DNA of 64,000 nt from an uncultured Acidimicrobiaceae bacterium (GCA_963837125.1 CAWILW010000002.1:62812-126811); one strand, 5' to 3'. Shown: positions 26,577 to 36,959, counted from the stretch's first letter. Numbers and translations: made by a program. The notes: generated by a model from the letters alone, not told the origin.

Positions 26577-27241
26577 GGCTCGATCATCCGGTACCCGGTG
26601 CCGCGCACCGTCTCTATGCGAGCCCCGCTGTTGGCCAGCTTGGCGCGCACCCGTCCGACGTGCACGTCAATCGTGTTGGACCCCACCGCGTCGGCCTCGT
26701 CCTCCCAGACCTGCGTGGCGATCACCCGCCGCGTGACGACGCTCGGAGCGCGGCGCATGAACAGTTCGACGAGTGACGTCTCGATGGCGGTCAGCGCCAC
26801 CGGGGTCCCGGCGAGCGTCACCTCTCGCGTCGCGGGATCGAAACGGAGATCGGCACACTCGAGGACGGGATCGAGTGCGAGGGGGGGACGCCGTTGGAGC
26901 GCGTGGACACGGGCGATCAATTCTGTGAAGTCGAACGGCTTCACCAGGTAGTCGTCCGCGCCCATGTTGAGGCCGGCGACGCGGTCCGAGGCGGTGTCGC
27001 GCGCCGTCAACATGATGATGGGGGTCCGGTCTCCGAGCCGCCGTGCTTCGGCGACGACTTCGATGCCGCTGCGTTCCGGCATCCGCCAATCCAACACGGC
27101 CACGTCGTAGTCGTAGGAGCGGAGGTGCTGGAGCGCGGTCGCACCGTCAGCGACGGCATCGACCACGTAGCCGTTCTCCCTCAACCCGCGCTCGAGCACG
27201 GAGCGGAGTGCGGCGTCGTCCTCAGCGACGAGCACTCTCAT
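26573..27241 (-). CDS. OmpR/PhoB-family response regulator
   Basis: It has a receiver domain (MRVLVAEDD...DVAVLDWRMP) and a winged-helix output domain (VHVGRVRAKL...ETVRGTGY). ATG 27241 is preferred over the ORF-track start at 27286. Confidence 0.9.
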   Translation of the reverse strand: MRVLVAEDDAALRSVLERGLRENGYVVDAVADGATALQHLRSYDYDVAVLDWRMPERSGIEVVAEARRLGDRTPIIMLTARDTASDRVAGLNMGADDYLVKPFDFTELIARVHALQRRPPLALDPVLECADLRFDPATREVTLAGTPVALTAIETSLVELFMRRAPSVVTRRVIATQVWEDEADAVGSNTIDVHVGRVRAKLANSGARIETVRGTGYRMIEP

Positions 27242-27460
27242 CGGAAGGAAACGACATGTGACATGGAACGAAAGGCTAGAGGTCATGGTGGAGCGCGGGG
27301 ACCCGCCCGGCCGTCATCCTTTCTTCAGGTTGCGTGCCTACACTCGCCCGGAACCGAGAGGACTACCCGAACGAGCGCGGGCTGGTGTGTGTGCGAATTG
27401 CGCCGGGGACCCGGCGCGCCAAAGATGACCGCCATGCAGAAGGCGGAGACAAGGTAGGAC

Positions 27461-28090
27461 ATGGAGGAATTCCTCAAATCAGCGGGATATGCCGCGATCT
27501 TCGTGCTCAGTTTCATATCGGCGATGGGGCTGCCAGTGGGCGCGGAGTTGGCCCTCATCTACGGGGGGGTTCTCGCCAATGCGGCTTCGCATCAGGGGAA
27601 GCCGCTGAACCTGGCCGTCGTGATCATCGTGGCGACGCTCGGGGAGGTCCTGGGTTCGCTCGCCGGCTACAGCATCGGGCGCTACGGGGGGAGGACGCTG
27701 GTGGACAAGGTCGGCAAGTACGTCCTCCTGACGCACCGCGACCTCGACCGAGCCGAAGCGTGGTTCGCCCGGCGGGGTGAGCCCGTGGTCTTCTTCGGGC
27801 GCTTCATCCCGCTCCTCCGCTCCTTCGTGTCGTTCGCGGCCGGCCTCGGGGAGATGGCCTTGGGCAAGTTCACGCTGTTCACGGTGATCGCGTGTGCCAT
27901 CTGGTGCACCGCTTTGTGTTCGCTCGGGTACAGCCTGGGGAGCAGCTACCACCACGTGCTCAAGGCCTTCAGCTACGCCGGGTACGTCATTGCCGTGGTG
28001 GCGGTCCTCGCCGTAGCCCTGGTCTTCTGGCATCGCCTGCGGGAGTACCGCAAGCAGCGCGACGTCCCGCGGACCGAGACGGGATCGTGA
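27461..28090 (+). CDS. DedA-family membrane protein
   Basis: It has the SNARE-associated/DedA signature (FGRFIPLLRSFVSFAAG) and is divergent from the two-component operon. Confidence 0.9.
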   Translation: MEEFLKSAGYAAIFVLSFISAMGLPVGAELALIYGGVLANAASHQGKPLNLAVVIIVATLGEVLGSLAGYSIGRYGGRTLVDKVGKYVLLTHRDLDRAEAWFARRGEPVVFFGRFIPLLRSFVSFAAGLGEMALGKFTLFTVIACAIWCTALCSLGYSLGSSYHHVLKAFSYAGYVIAVVAVLAVALVFWHRLREYRKQRDVPRTETGS

Positions 28091-28420
28091 CCCCCGCCAG
28101 CTGACTCGGGGTGGCGGTCGTGGCGCGTCCGTCGAGGGAGCCCCTTCGTCACCGGGCCTGCACGCCGGATCATCGTCGCCTGCGACGCCGCCAACCCCGA
28201 GAGCAACCAGGGCTGTTTTGGCGCCCGTTTCGGCCACCGGAAGGTCAGCCGCAACGTGATCGCAACCAGGGATGAACAATTCCAGGTCAACCGCCCCAAG
28301 CGAGCCCAGAAGGGGGCCAAATAGGGCCGAATTGCCTATTGAAGAGGCGGAAAGTCATTGAAGTCACATTTTGGTGGTGTTAGCTTCCCAATCGGAGGCA
28401 GTTCGGGGGGGAGGGGAAAA

Positions 28421-30475
28421 ATGGCCGTTTTGCGGCGTTTTGCTCGGTCTTCTGGGGGTCCTCGCGCCAAGTCGGGGGGGAGCGCATTCCTGGCAGCCGT
28501 CGCTGCCGTCGAGGCCGCCGTGGGCTCCCTGCTCCGCTCGCCCGAGGTCACGCTGACGTCCGATTGCCCGCGCGATGCCGACCTGTCGGCCCCAATGCCG
28601 CTGGGCGACCGGACGCTGTGGCTCGGCGTGTCCGGCCGCAGCCGCACCGAGCCCTTCGCCGCGGCCGACCGGTCGCTGCTCGAGGCCCTGGCCTCCGTGG
28701 GAGCCGTCGCGGTGGCCAACGCAGAGCTCTACAGCCAGGCCGAGCACCAGAAGGACACGCTGGCGGTGATCATGAACAGCCTGGGCGAAGGCGTGTGCGC
28801 GGTCAGCGAGGGCGGCGAGATCACCTTCATGAACCCGGCCGGTGCGAGCATGCTCGGCTGGTATGCCTACGGCGACGCAACCGACGGCGGTCCCGCCGGG
28901 CTCGACGGCGCGACCCCCGACTTCCTCCTGGAGCCGGCCCTGCGTGCCATCGCGCTGCGGCGCAACGTCACCAGCTACGACACCCGCTTCCAGCGTCTCG
29001 ACGGGTCGCACTTCCCGGTGACCATGACCGCCTCACCGGTCGTTGGGGATTCGTCCCCCTCCGGAGCCGTCATCGTCTTCCGCGACACGTCGGAGCGCAA
29101 GGCGTTCGAGGAGCAGCTGGCCCGGCACGCGTTCCAGGATGCGCTGACGGGCTTGGCCAACCGGCGGCTGCTCCTCGACCACCTCGACCACGCCCTGCTC
29201 CAGGCCGACCGTACGGGCCACCAGCTGGCGGTCCTGTTCTGTGACATCGACCGCTTCAAGGTCATCAACGACAACCTCGGGCACCAGGTCGGTGACGAGC
29301 TGTTGCGCGTCATCGCGGACCGGCTGCGCCGCGCCGTTCGTCCCGGCGACACGCTGTCGCGTTTCGGCGGCGACGAGTTCGTGATCCTGCTCGAGGGGCT
29401 GACCTCCCCCGACGACGCCCGCACCGTCGCCAACGCCGTCCTCGAGTCGCTGCGCGACCCGATCACGCTCAGCGCGGGGCACGAGGTGCTCGCCACCATG
29501 AGCATCGGCATCGCTCTGGGCGAGTTCGGCAAGTCCCGCGACGACCTCATGCACGACGCCGACGTGGCGATGTACCGGGCGAAGGACCGGGGCCGCGGCG
29601 GTCAGTTCGCCCTGTTCGACGTCGACGCCATGGGAGTCCGGTCCCTGAACCGGCTCGGCCTGGACACGTCACTTCACCACGTCGTGGACCGAGGAGAGAT
29701 CGAGGTCCACTACCAGCCGCTCGTGTCGCTGTCCGATCGGCGCATCGTCGGCGCCGAGGCGCTGGTCCGTTGGAACCATCCCGACCACGGCCTCCTCCTG
29801 CCCGCGCAGTTCATTCAGCTCGCAGAGGGCAATGGCACCATCCTCCCCATCGGTCGGATGGTGCTCGAGCAGGCCTGCCGGCAGGCCAGGACGTGGAACC
29901 AGGAGTTCGGCGTGCATCTGCAGATGGGCGTGAACCTGTCGGCCCGCCAGTTCCAACAGACCGGCCTGGCCGACGAGGTCGCCGCCGTGGTCCGGGCCAC
30001 CGCCATCGACCCCTCGCAGCTCTGCCTCGAGATCACGGAGAGCCTCGCCATGGACGACGTCGCCCTGACGTCGAGCATCCTGGCCAGGCTCCACACCCTC
30101 GGCGTCCAGATGGCCATCGACGACTTCGGGACGGGCCACTCGTCGCTCGGGTACCTGGCCCGGTTCCCGGTCGACGTCGTCAAGATCGACCAGGGCTTCG
30201 TGCGCGACATCGAGCGGGACCCGGTCAACCGCGCCATCGTCTCCGCCGTCGTGGCGCTCTCGGAGGCGATCGGGTCCACGACCGTCGTGGAGGGGGTCGA
30301 GACTCCGGCGCACCTCGAGGAGGTCAAGAACCTCGGCTGCGACGTCGCCCAGGGCTACTACTTCTCGCGGCCCGTCTCGGCCGGCGCGTTCGGGAAGCTC
30401 CTGACCGCCAACACCACGGCGATCACCACGCCGGACCTCCGGATCGTTCGCTCCCGCTCGGCCCGGGCCGGGTAG
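28421..30475 (+). CDS. GGDEF-EAL diguanylate cyclase/phosphodiesterase with degenerate GAF-like and PAS sensor regions
   Basis: It has a PAS region (GEGVCAVSEGGEITFMNPAGASMLGW), GGDEF (RFGGDEF) and EAL (EALVRW...DDFGTGHSSL). ATG 28421 is preceded by GGGAGGGGAAAA; the ORF is open from 28358. Confidence 0.9.
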   Translation: MAVLRRFARSSGGPRAKSGGSAFLAAVAAVEAAVGSLLRSPEVTLTSDCPRDADLSAPMPLGDRTLWLGVSGRSRTEPFAAADRSLLEALASVGAVAVANAELYSQAEHQKDTLAVIMNSLGEGVCAVSEGGEITFMNPAGASMLGWYAYGDATDGGPAGLDGATPDFLLEPALRAIALRRNVTSYDTRFQRLDGSHFPVTMTASPVVGDSSPSGAVIVFRDTSERKAFEEQLARHAFQDALTGLANRRLLLDHLDHALLQADRTGHQLAVLFCDIDRFKVINDNLGHQVGDELLRVIADRLRRAVRPGDTLSRFGGDEFVILLEGLTSPDDARTVANAVLESLRDPITLSAGHEVLATMSIGIALGEFGKSRDDLMHDADVAMYRAKDRGRGGQFALFDVDAMGVRSLNRLGLDTSLHHVVDRGEIEVHYQPLVSLSDRRIVGAEALVRWNHPDHGLLLPAQFIQLAEGNGTILPIGRMVLEQACRQARTWNQEFGVHLQMGVNLSARQFQQTGLADEVAAVVRATAIDPSQLCLEITESLAMDDVALTSSILARLHTLGVQMAIDDFGTGHSSLGYLARFPVDVVKIDQGFVRDIERDPVNRAIVSAVVALSEAIGSTTVVEGVETPAHLEEVKNLGCDVAQGYYFSRPVSAGAFGKLLTANTTAITTPDLRIVRSRSARAG

Positions 30476-30498
30476 GCGAGAGGCGAGATCGCTCCCGT

Positions 30499-32319
30499 TC
30501 AGCCGACGACGGCGCCGTCGCGCTCGCGGGCGGCCCGGCGAAGGGCTTCTCGGAGCAACGGCACCACCTCGTGCCAGTCGCCCACGATGCCGACGTCGCA
30601 GTGCGCGAAGACCGGGGCGTCGGGGTCGGCGTTCACCGCCAGGATGGTGCCCGCCGAGCGCACGCCCACCATGTGGTTGAACTTCCCGCTGAGGCCCAGC
30701 GCCACGTAGAGCCGGGGCGCGATCGAACGGCCGGTGAGCCCGACCTGGCGGGCCCGCGGCGCCCAGCCCCGGTCGGTCACCTTCCGGGTCGCCGCGAGCT
30801 CGGCCCCCAGCACCGCCGCCAGGGGGCTGAGCTGCTCGTACTCCTCGGGGGTGACCCCGGTGCCCACCCCGATCACGACCTCCGCCCGCGCCAGCGTCTC
30901 GACGTCGTCGTCACGGCGCTCGTCGAGCACCCGCAGGCGGCCCCGGGTGGGGACCGGCCGGACCGTCGTGGGTGCGGCACCGCGCATGGGTGCCGGCGCC
31001 GGCGCCGGCAGCACGCCGGGTCGCACGGTGACCATCTGCGTCGGGCTGCGGCTGGTGACGTCGGCCACCAGGGCGCCCGCGAAGGCGGGCTTGGCCGCGA
31101 CCAGCAGCCCGTCGCGCACCGTCAGGGCCACGGCGTCGCCCACCAATCCCGATCCGCTCGCCGCCGCCACGCGGCCCGCGACCTCGCGGCCGAAGGCCGT
31201 GCTCGGCGCGAGGAGCGCCCAGGGAGCGGTCTCTCGCAGGTAGGCGACGACGGCGGCCGCGACGTCCTCCGCCACGCATGAACCCTCCAGCACGACGACG
31301 AGGTCCGCGGCGCCGGAGGCGAGCGGGCCGCCCGGGGACAGGGCGTGCACCGCCGCTCCGGCGTCCCGGCCGAGGCGTGCCGCCGCGCCGAGCAGCTCGG
31401 CCGCCACCTCGGGCCGGCCGGGCTCGGCGAGCACGGCGACCACCCGGTCCGGTGTCCGACCGGCCGGCCGGGAATCGCCCGGCTCAGGGGCCGTTTCGTG
31501 CGGGCCCGCGCGCAGCGCGCCGCGGTGCCCGAGCTCGCGCACCGCCGCCTCCACCTGCTCGGCGACCGGCCCCCGCAGGACGAGGGTCGAGCGCTCGTGC
31601 TCCATCGGCCGGGTCTCGCCGACGACGGTCGGGCTCCCCTCCTCGCCCCACGGGCCGGGGCCCAGCCCGCTCGCCGTGATCCGGGTGATGCGCTCTGCTG
31701 CGACGGCTGCCCGTCCCGCGGGGTCGACCTTGCACGGGTCGCACAGGCGCTCGGCCACCGACAGGACTGCCGGCAGGTCGATGTCGACCTCCTGGGTGCC
31801 GTCGTCGAGCTCGAGCCCGAGCCGCAGGCCCGAGCCGTTGTCGTCGAGCCGGCGCACCCCGCTGGCGAAGGGGAGGTCGAGCAGCTGCGCCACCTCCGGC
31901 CCCACCTGCCCGGTGTCGCCGTCGATGGAATTGCGGCCCAGGAGCACGAGGTCGAAGGGTCCGGCCCTGCGCAGCGCCGCCGCGAGGACGCGGGCCGTCG
32001 CCAGCGTGTCGGAGCCGGCGCAGCGCGGGTCGCAGATGTGCAGTCCCGAGTCGGCGCCCCAGGCCACCGCCTCGCGCAGCACGTCCTCGGCGCTGAGGGG
32101 GCCGAGGGTGACGACGGTGCACGACCCTCCGGTGCTGCGGGCGAGCGTGACCCCTTCGGACACGGCGCGGCGGCAGTAGGCGTTCATCTCGAAACCCACC
32201 CCCTGGCGCACCAGTCGCCCGCCGTCGAGGCGGAGCGACTCGGCCAGCGGGACCTGCTTGACGAGCGAGGCGATGCAGAGCGGTCCGCCGACCGCCCGCG
32301 TCAGGGGTGGGTGGCTCAC
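30499..32319 (-). CDS. fused electron-transfer flavoprotein, beta-alpha (EtfB-EtfA) single polypeptide
   Basis: The N-terminal half resembles EtfB (LVKQVP...NAYCRRAVSEG...VVTLGP). The C-terminal half resembles EtfA (...YVALGLSGKFNHMVGVRSAGTILAVNADPDAPVF). GTG 32319 overlaps the MFS stop (GTGA); the ORF is open to 32406. Confidence 0.8.
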   Translation of the reverse strand: MSHPPLTRAVGGPLCIASLVKQVPLAESLRLDGGRLVRQGVGFEMNAYCRRAVSEGVTLARSTGGSCTVVTLGPLSAEDVLREAVAWGADSGLHICDPRCAGSDTLATARVLAAALRRAGPFDLVLLGRNSIDGDTGQVGPEVAQLLDLPFASGVRRLDDNGSGLRLGLELDDGTQEVDIDLPAVLSVAERLCDPCKVDPAGRAAVAAERITRITASGLGPGPWGEEGSPTVVGETRPMEHERSTLVLRGPVAEQVEAAVRELGHRGALRAGPHETAPEPGDSRPAGRTPDRVVAVLAEPGRPEVAAELLGAAARLGRDAGAAVHALSPGGPLASGAADLVVVLEGSCVAEDVAAAVVAYLRETAPWALLAPSTAFGREVAGRVAAASGSGLVGDAVALTVRDGLLVAAKPAFAGALVADVTSRSPTQMVTVRPGVLPAPAPAPMRGAAPTTVRPVPTRGRLRVLDERRDDDVETLARAEVVIGVGTGVTPEEYEQLSPLAAVLGAELAATRKVTDRGWAPRARQVGLTGRSIAPRLYVALGLSGKFNHMVGVRSAGTILAVNADPDAPVFAHCDVGIVGDWHEVVPLLREALRRAARERDGAVVG

Positions 32320-34160
32320 GAGGCCGTGCCGGCCCGGGTGAGGACGAGATCGTGCCGCGGCTCGGCATCGGCGGGCGAGTGCACGTAGCGCCCGCCGCGC
32401 GTCCACGACGCCGCTGCGGCGGCGAGGCTCATGGCGATGGCGAAGTCGAAGGCGGCGTGCAGACCGGCCTGGAACGGCGGTGCGATGAGCCCGGGGAAGA
32501 AGCTGCGCCGGGCCAGCGCGGCCTGCTGCGCCGCGCCCAGATGCGCCAGCGTCCCGGCGCCGATCAGGTGCTGGACCGGGTTGTAGCCCAAGAACGCGGC
32601 GAACAGCGTCGAGATCGCGGGCAGGTGCGAGGCGTGCGCGGCGACGGCGGGCGGCACGCCGTGGCTCAGGAGCCCCGTGGCCACGTTGTGGGGCAGCGCG
32701 GACGACAGACCCACGATCATGAGCGTGAAGAAGATCCCGATGGAGATGACCTGAGCCGAATTCTGGAACGTCGTGTTCATGCCCGATCCCGCGCCGCGGT
32801 GCTCGGGCGGGAGGCTGTTCATGACCCCGGCGCGGTTGGGTGACCCGAACGACGCCATGGCGATGCCGGTCAGGAACAGGATCACGCCGAAGACCCAGTA
32901 GGAGAAGTCGATGGGAAGCGCCTCGAGCAGCGCGAAGCAGACGGCGGTCCCGATCATGCCGCCGGTGGCGAACGGCCGCGCGCCGTAGCGGTCGGAGAGG
33001 ATCCCTGAGACGGGGCCGGCGATCAGCATGCCGACGGTCAACGGGATCATGGCGATGCCCGCCCAGAGGGGGGTGGCGGAGAACGAGTAGCCGTGCAGCG
33101 GCAGCCAGATCCCCTGGAGCCAGATGATGAGCATGAACATCAGGCCGCCGCGGCTTATCGCGGCCAGGAAGCTGGCGGTGACGCCGGCGGTGAAGGCGCG
33201 GATCTTGAAGAGCTGCAGCCGGAACATCGGCTCGGGCACGTGCAGCTCCACGAAGCAGAAGGCCACCAGCAGCAGGGCGCCCACGCCCAACGACGCGATG
33301 ACCAACGGGTTGGTCCAGCCCATCGCGTGGCCGCCGTAGGGCTCAATCCCGTAGGTGATGCCGATCATGATCAGCACGAGGCCCAGGGCGAAGGTGGCGT
33401 TGCCCGGCCAGTCGAGGCGGGCCGAGTGCCGTTGCCCGAGCTCGCGCAGGCGCAGGTGGCCCCACACGGTGGCGAAGAGCCCGATCGGCACCGACACCAA
33501 GAAGATGAGGCGCCAGTTGATGGGGGCGAGGATGCCCCCGAGGATCAGGCCGATGAAGGCGCCGCTGAAGGCCGCCGCCTGGTTCACCCCGAGGGCGAGG
33601 CCGCGCTGGTCCTCGGGGAAGGCGTCGGTGAGGATGGCCGCCGAGTTGGCCATGAGCATGGCGGCCCCGACCCCCTGGAAGATCCGCATCACGATGAGGT
33701 ACATGCCGGCCACCGGCCCGGTCATCCAGGTGACGCTGAGGGCCAGGGAGAAGAAGGTGAAGACCGCGAACCCGAGGTTGTAGACGCGCACCCGCCCGTA
33801 CATGTCGCCGAGGCGCCCCAGCGTCACGACGAGCACGCTCGTCGTGACCAGGAACCCGAGGATCATCCACAGCAGGTAGAAGCTGTTCCCCGGCAGGAGC
33901 GGGTCCAGGCCGATGCCCCGGAAGATGTCCGGCAGCGAGATGAGGACGATGGACCCGTCGATGGTCGCCATCAGCATGCCGAGGGTGGAGATGAACAGGG
34001 CGGTCCACTTGTAGCCGTCGGGCAGGGGCGACAGCGGGTCGGGGCGACGGAACCAGCGGGCGGGCCGCGCCCGCGTGCCCCCTGCCCGCTCCGGCGCCCC
34101 CGACGCGATGTCGGCGGGTGTGGGGGCGTGGAGAGGCGGCTGGGCGAGGCGTTCGATCAC
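32316..34160 (-). CDS. MFS transporter, 14-TMS DHA2 (EmrB/QacA)-like
   Basis: It has about 14 hydrophobic segments and MFS motif A (GRLGDMYGRVR). Confidence 0.85.
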   Translation of the reverse strand: MIERLAQPPLHAPTPADIASGAPERAGGTRARPARWFRRPDPLSPLPDGYKWTALFISTLGMLMATIDGSIVLISLPDIFRGIGLDPLLPGNSFYLLWMILGFLVTTSVLVVTLGRLGDMYGRVRVYNLGFAVFTFFSLALSVTWMTGPVAGMYLIVMRIFQGVGAAMLMANSAAILTDAFPEDQRGLALGVNQAAAFSGAFIGLILGGILAPINWRLIFLVSVPIGLFATVWGHLRLRELGQRHSARLDWPGNATFALGLVLIMIGITYGIEPYGGHAMGWTNPLVIASLGVGALLLVAFCFVELHVPEPMFRLQLFKIRAFTAGVTASFLAAISRGGLMFMLIIWLQGIWLPLHGYSFSATPLWAGIAMIPLTVGMLIAGPVSGILSDRYGARPFATGGMIGTAVCFALLEALPIDFSYWVFGVILFLTGIAMASFGSPNRAGVMNSLPPEHRGAGSGMNTTFQNSAQVISIGIFFTLMIVGLSSALPHNVATGLLSHGVPPAVAAHASHLPAISTLFAAFLGYNPVQHLIGAGTLAHLGAAQQAALARRSFFPGLIAPPFQAGLHAAFDFAIAMSLAAAAASWTRGGRYVHSPADAEPRHDLVLTRAGTAS

Positions 34161-34242
34161 CCCACGCTACCCGCGGCGGTGACGCCGCTGACCCTGGCGT
34201 GGCCGTCGGCGACCGGTCCACACGGGACGGCGACGGAGCCCG

Positions 34243-35877
34243 TCAGCGGCCGATCGCGGCGCCCTCGGGGCTCCGCGGGTCCGACGCTGCGCTGAGGCGC
34301 CGCCCCGCCCCGTCCGTGTCCGCCACGATGACCTGGGCGCAGCCGACGGCGACGGGGTCGAAGGCGCGGATGGCCCGGACGCGGTGGCCGCGTTCGGCCA
34401 GGCCGGCCTGCCACGCCGGCGGTGCGTCGGACTCCACCGACACCGTCAGGTCGTCGCCCCACCACAGCCGGAACGGGCCGGCGGAGGGTGCGTCCAGGGT
34501 GAACCGCGGCGACGCCACGGCGGTCGCGGCGTCCTGGCCGGCGTGCAGCAGGCGAGCGAGGAGCTGGCCGATGATCTGGGGCTGGGCATCCCCGCCCATG
34601 GCGCCGACGAGATGCGTCAGGGTGCCGTCCACACCAGTGGCGAGCAGGGGGGAGAGGGTGTGCGGCGGCCGCCGCCCGGGGCCGACCTCTGCGGGATGGC
34701 CCGCCACGAGCGAGAAGCCGACCCCGCGGTTGTGCAGGAAGACGCCGGTCGAGGGCTCAACGAGGTGCGAGCCGAAGTCGAGCGCATTGGACTGGGTGAG
34801 CGAGATCCCGAGCCCGTCCGCGTCCATGGCGCACAGGTGCGTCGTGTCGCCGTCGCCGACCCGCGCCACCGCCGGGCCTGCGCTCCCGTGGCCGGGCGGG
34901 ACGTCGGGGGGCGCCGCCCGCTCCCCAGTCACGCGCGCCGCGGCGGCGGCGAGGCGGTCGGGGTGCACCAGTGCGGCGCCGTCGGCGCCGTCGAAGAGGA
35001 CGTCGGGGCGGTCGTGGCCGACGGCACGCCACGACTCGACGAGGAGGTGCGCCCAGCGCGGGTCGTCGGGATCGCTGCCCAGCCCGGCCGCGTCGGCCAC
35101 GGCCGCGCCGGCCAGCGTCAGGTAGCCCTGCGAGGGCGGGGGCACGGTCCAGAGGTCGTGGCCCCAGACGCGGACGCGCAGCGGCTCGCACCACTGGGCC
35201 AAACTGGTGTCGAGGTCCCCGGCCTCGTAGTGGCCCCGCCCCAGCTCCATCAGTCCCTGTCCGAACTCGCCGCCGTAGAAGGCGTCGCGGCCTTCCGCCG
35301 CGACGGCGCGCAGGGTGCGCGCGATTCCGGGCAGGCGCACCCGCTGCCCCACCTCCAGCGGGCCGTCCGGGCAGAGCTCGCCGGCGCCATCGAGTGCGTG
35401 CACGAGATGGCTGGCCAGCGCCAGCATGATGGAGGCCGCGAAGCCGTCCTCGGCCAGCTCGACCGCCGGCGCCAGGACGTCGTCGAGGGGGAGCCGGCCG
35501 AAGTGCGCGTGCAGCGAGAGCCACCCGTCGACGGCGCCGGGCACCGGCACGCTGCGGACGTCGCCCCGCAGCGGCATGGTCGTCATGCCCTGGGCGCGCA
35601 TGCGGGCCGGGTCCGACCCGGCACCGGCGCGCCCGATGGACAGCAGTGCCCGGGGCGCCGACCCCGGCGGGGCCACCATGGCGAGGACGTCGCCCCCCAT
35701 CCCGCACAGGTGCGGGCCCACGACCGCCATCGCCGCGCCGGTCGCGACCGCAGCATCGGCGGCAGAGCCGCCGCGCTCGAGCATGCCGATCCCCGCCGAC
35801 GCCGCCAGCTGGTCGGCGGCGGCGACCATGCCGCGCAAGCCGCGGCGCGGGCCGAAGGGAGCGAGCGGGAGCGTCAC
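34243..35877 (-). CDS. ggt: gamma-glutamyltransferase
   Basis: It has GGT motifs including the autoprocessing Thr region [13 protein letters not shown] and GMGGD. GTG 35877 overlaps the upstream stop (GTGA). The remainder of the 867-aa track ORF is out-of-frame overlap with the ADH gene. Confidence 0.85.
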   Translation of the reverse strand: MTLPLAPFGPRRGLRGMVAAADQLAASAGIGMLERGGSAADAAVATGAAMAVVGPHLCGMGGDVLAMVAPPGSAPRALLSIGRAGAGSDPARMRAQGMTTMPLRGDVRSVPVPGAVDGWLSLHAHFGRLPLDDVLAPAVELAEDGFAASIMLALASHLVHALDGAGELCPDGPLEVGQRVRLPGIARTLRAVAAEGRDAFYGGEFGQGLMELGRGHYEAGDLDTSLAQWCEPLRVRVWGHDLWTVPPPSQGYLTLAGAAVADAAGLGSDPDDPRWAHLLVESWRAVGHDRPDVLFDGADGAALVHPDRLAAAAARVTGERAAPPDVPPGHGSAGPAVARVGDGDTTHLCAMDADGLGISLTQSNALDFGSHLVEPSTGVFLHNRGVGFSLVAGHPAEVGPGRRPPHTLSPLLATGVDGTLTHLVGAMGGDAQPQIIGQLLARLLHAGQDAATAVASPRFTLDAPSAGPFRLWWGDDLTVSVESDAPPAWQAGLAERGHRVRAIRAFDPVAVGCAQVIVADTDGAGRRLSAASDPRSPEGAAIGR

Positions 35878-36959
35878 ACCACGACGACCGAGCGCAGGAC
35901 CTCGCCGCGTTGCATGCGCGCGAACGCGTCCTCCACCTCGTCGATCCCGATGGTCTCGCTCACGAAGCGGTCGAGGTCGAGGCGGCCGTCGAGGTAGAGG
36001 TCCACGAGCATCGGGAAGTCGCGTGAGGGGAGGCAGTCGCCGTACCAGCTCGGTTTCAGTGCGCCGCCGTGCCCGAAGAACTCGATCATCGGCAGGTCGA
36101 TGCGCATGTCGGGCGTCGGGACCCCCACCTGCACCAGGGTCCCGGCCAGGTCGCGCGCCATGAAGGCCTGCTCCATCACCTTGGGGTGCCCGACGGCCTC
36201 GATGCAGACATCGGCCCCGTTCCCGTCGGTGAGGGCCCGGATCACCTCCACGGGATCGGTGGCGCCGGCGTCGACGGTGTGCGTCGCTCCGAACGAGGTG
36301 GCGAGTTCGAGCTTTCCGGGATCGAGGTCGACGCCGATGATGATGGCCGCCCCGGCCAGCTTGGACCCGGCGACGGCGGCGCACCCGACTCCGCCGCAGC
36401 CGAAGACGGCGACGGAGTCGCCGAGGCCCACTCCGCCGGTGAACATGGCCGCACCCAGCCCGGCCATCACGCCGCACCCGAGCAGTCCCACCGCCTCCGG
36501 TCGCGCCGACGGGTTGACCTTGGTGCACTGGCCCGCCGCCACCAGAGTCTTGTCCGCGAAGGCACCGATGCCGAGCGCGGGGGACAGGGGCGTGCCGTCC
36601 GCCAGCGTCATCTTCTGCGTCGCGTTGTGCGTCGAGAAGCAGTACCAGGGCCGGCCCCTCCGGCACGACCGGCACTCGCCGCACACCGCGCGCCAGTTGA
36701 GCACGACGAAGTCGCCCGCCGCGAGGTCCGTGACGTCGGGCCCGACTGCCTCGACGACGCCCGCCGCCTCGTGCCCGAGCAGGAAGGGGAAGTCGTCGTT
36801 GATGCCACCCTCGCGGTAGTGCAGGTCGGTGTGGCACACGCCGCACGCCTGCACGGCGACGACCGCCTCACCCGGCCCGGGATCGGGCACGAGGATCGTC
36901 TCGACGGTCACCGGTGCGCCCTTCTTCCGCGCGACGACGCCGCGCACCTCGGTTGCCAT
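35874..36959 (-). CDS. class III Zn-dependent alcohol dehydrogenase / S-(hydroxymethyl)mycothiol dehydrogenase-like
   Basis: It has [21 protein letters not shown] and the structural-zinc Cys cluster [13 protein letters not shown] 36959 is preceded by GGAGGAG. Confidence 0.85.
   Translation of the reverse strand: MATEVRGVVARKKGAPVTVETILVPDPGPGEAVVAVQACGVCHTDLHYREGGINDDFPFLLGHEAAGVVEAVGPDVTDLAAGDFVVLNWRAVCGECRSCRRGRPWYCFSTHNATQKMTLADGTPLSPALGIGAFADKTLVAAGQCTKVNPSARPEAVGLLGCGVMAGLGAAMFTGGVGLGDSVAVFGCGGVGCAAVAGSKLAGAAIIIGVDLDPGKLELATSFGATHTVDAGATDPVEVIRALTDGNGADVCIEAVGHPKVMEQAFMARDLAGTLVQVGVPTPDMRIDLPMIEFFGHGGALKPSWYGDCLPSRDFPMLVDLYLDGRLDLDRFVSETIGIDEVEDAFARMQRGEVLRSVVVV

Noticed and set aside
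34243-36846. An 867-aa ORF read as one giant protein.
   Set aside because: Only the C-terminal 544 codons (from GTG 35877) are GGT-like. The upstream part is an out-of-frame overlap of the well-supported alcohol dehydrogenase gene. The same logic trimmed the track ORFs 15625-16962, 21333-22190, 51690-52805, 37045-37770 and 46688-49243.
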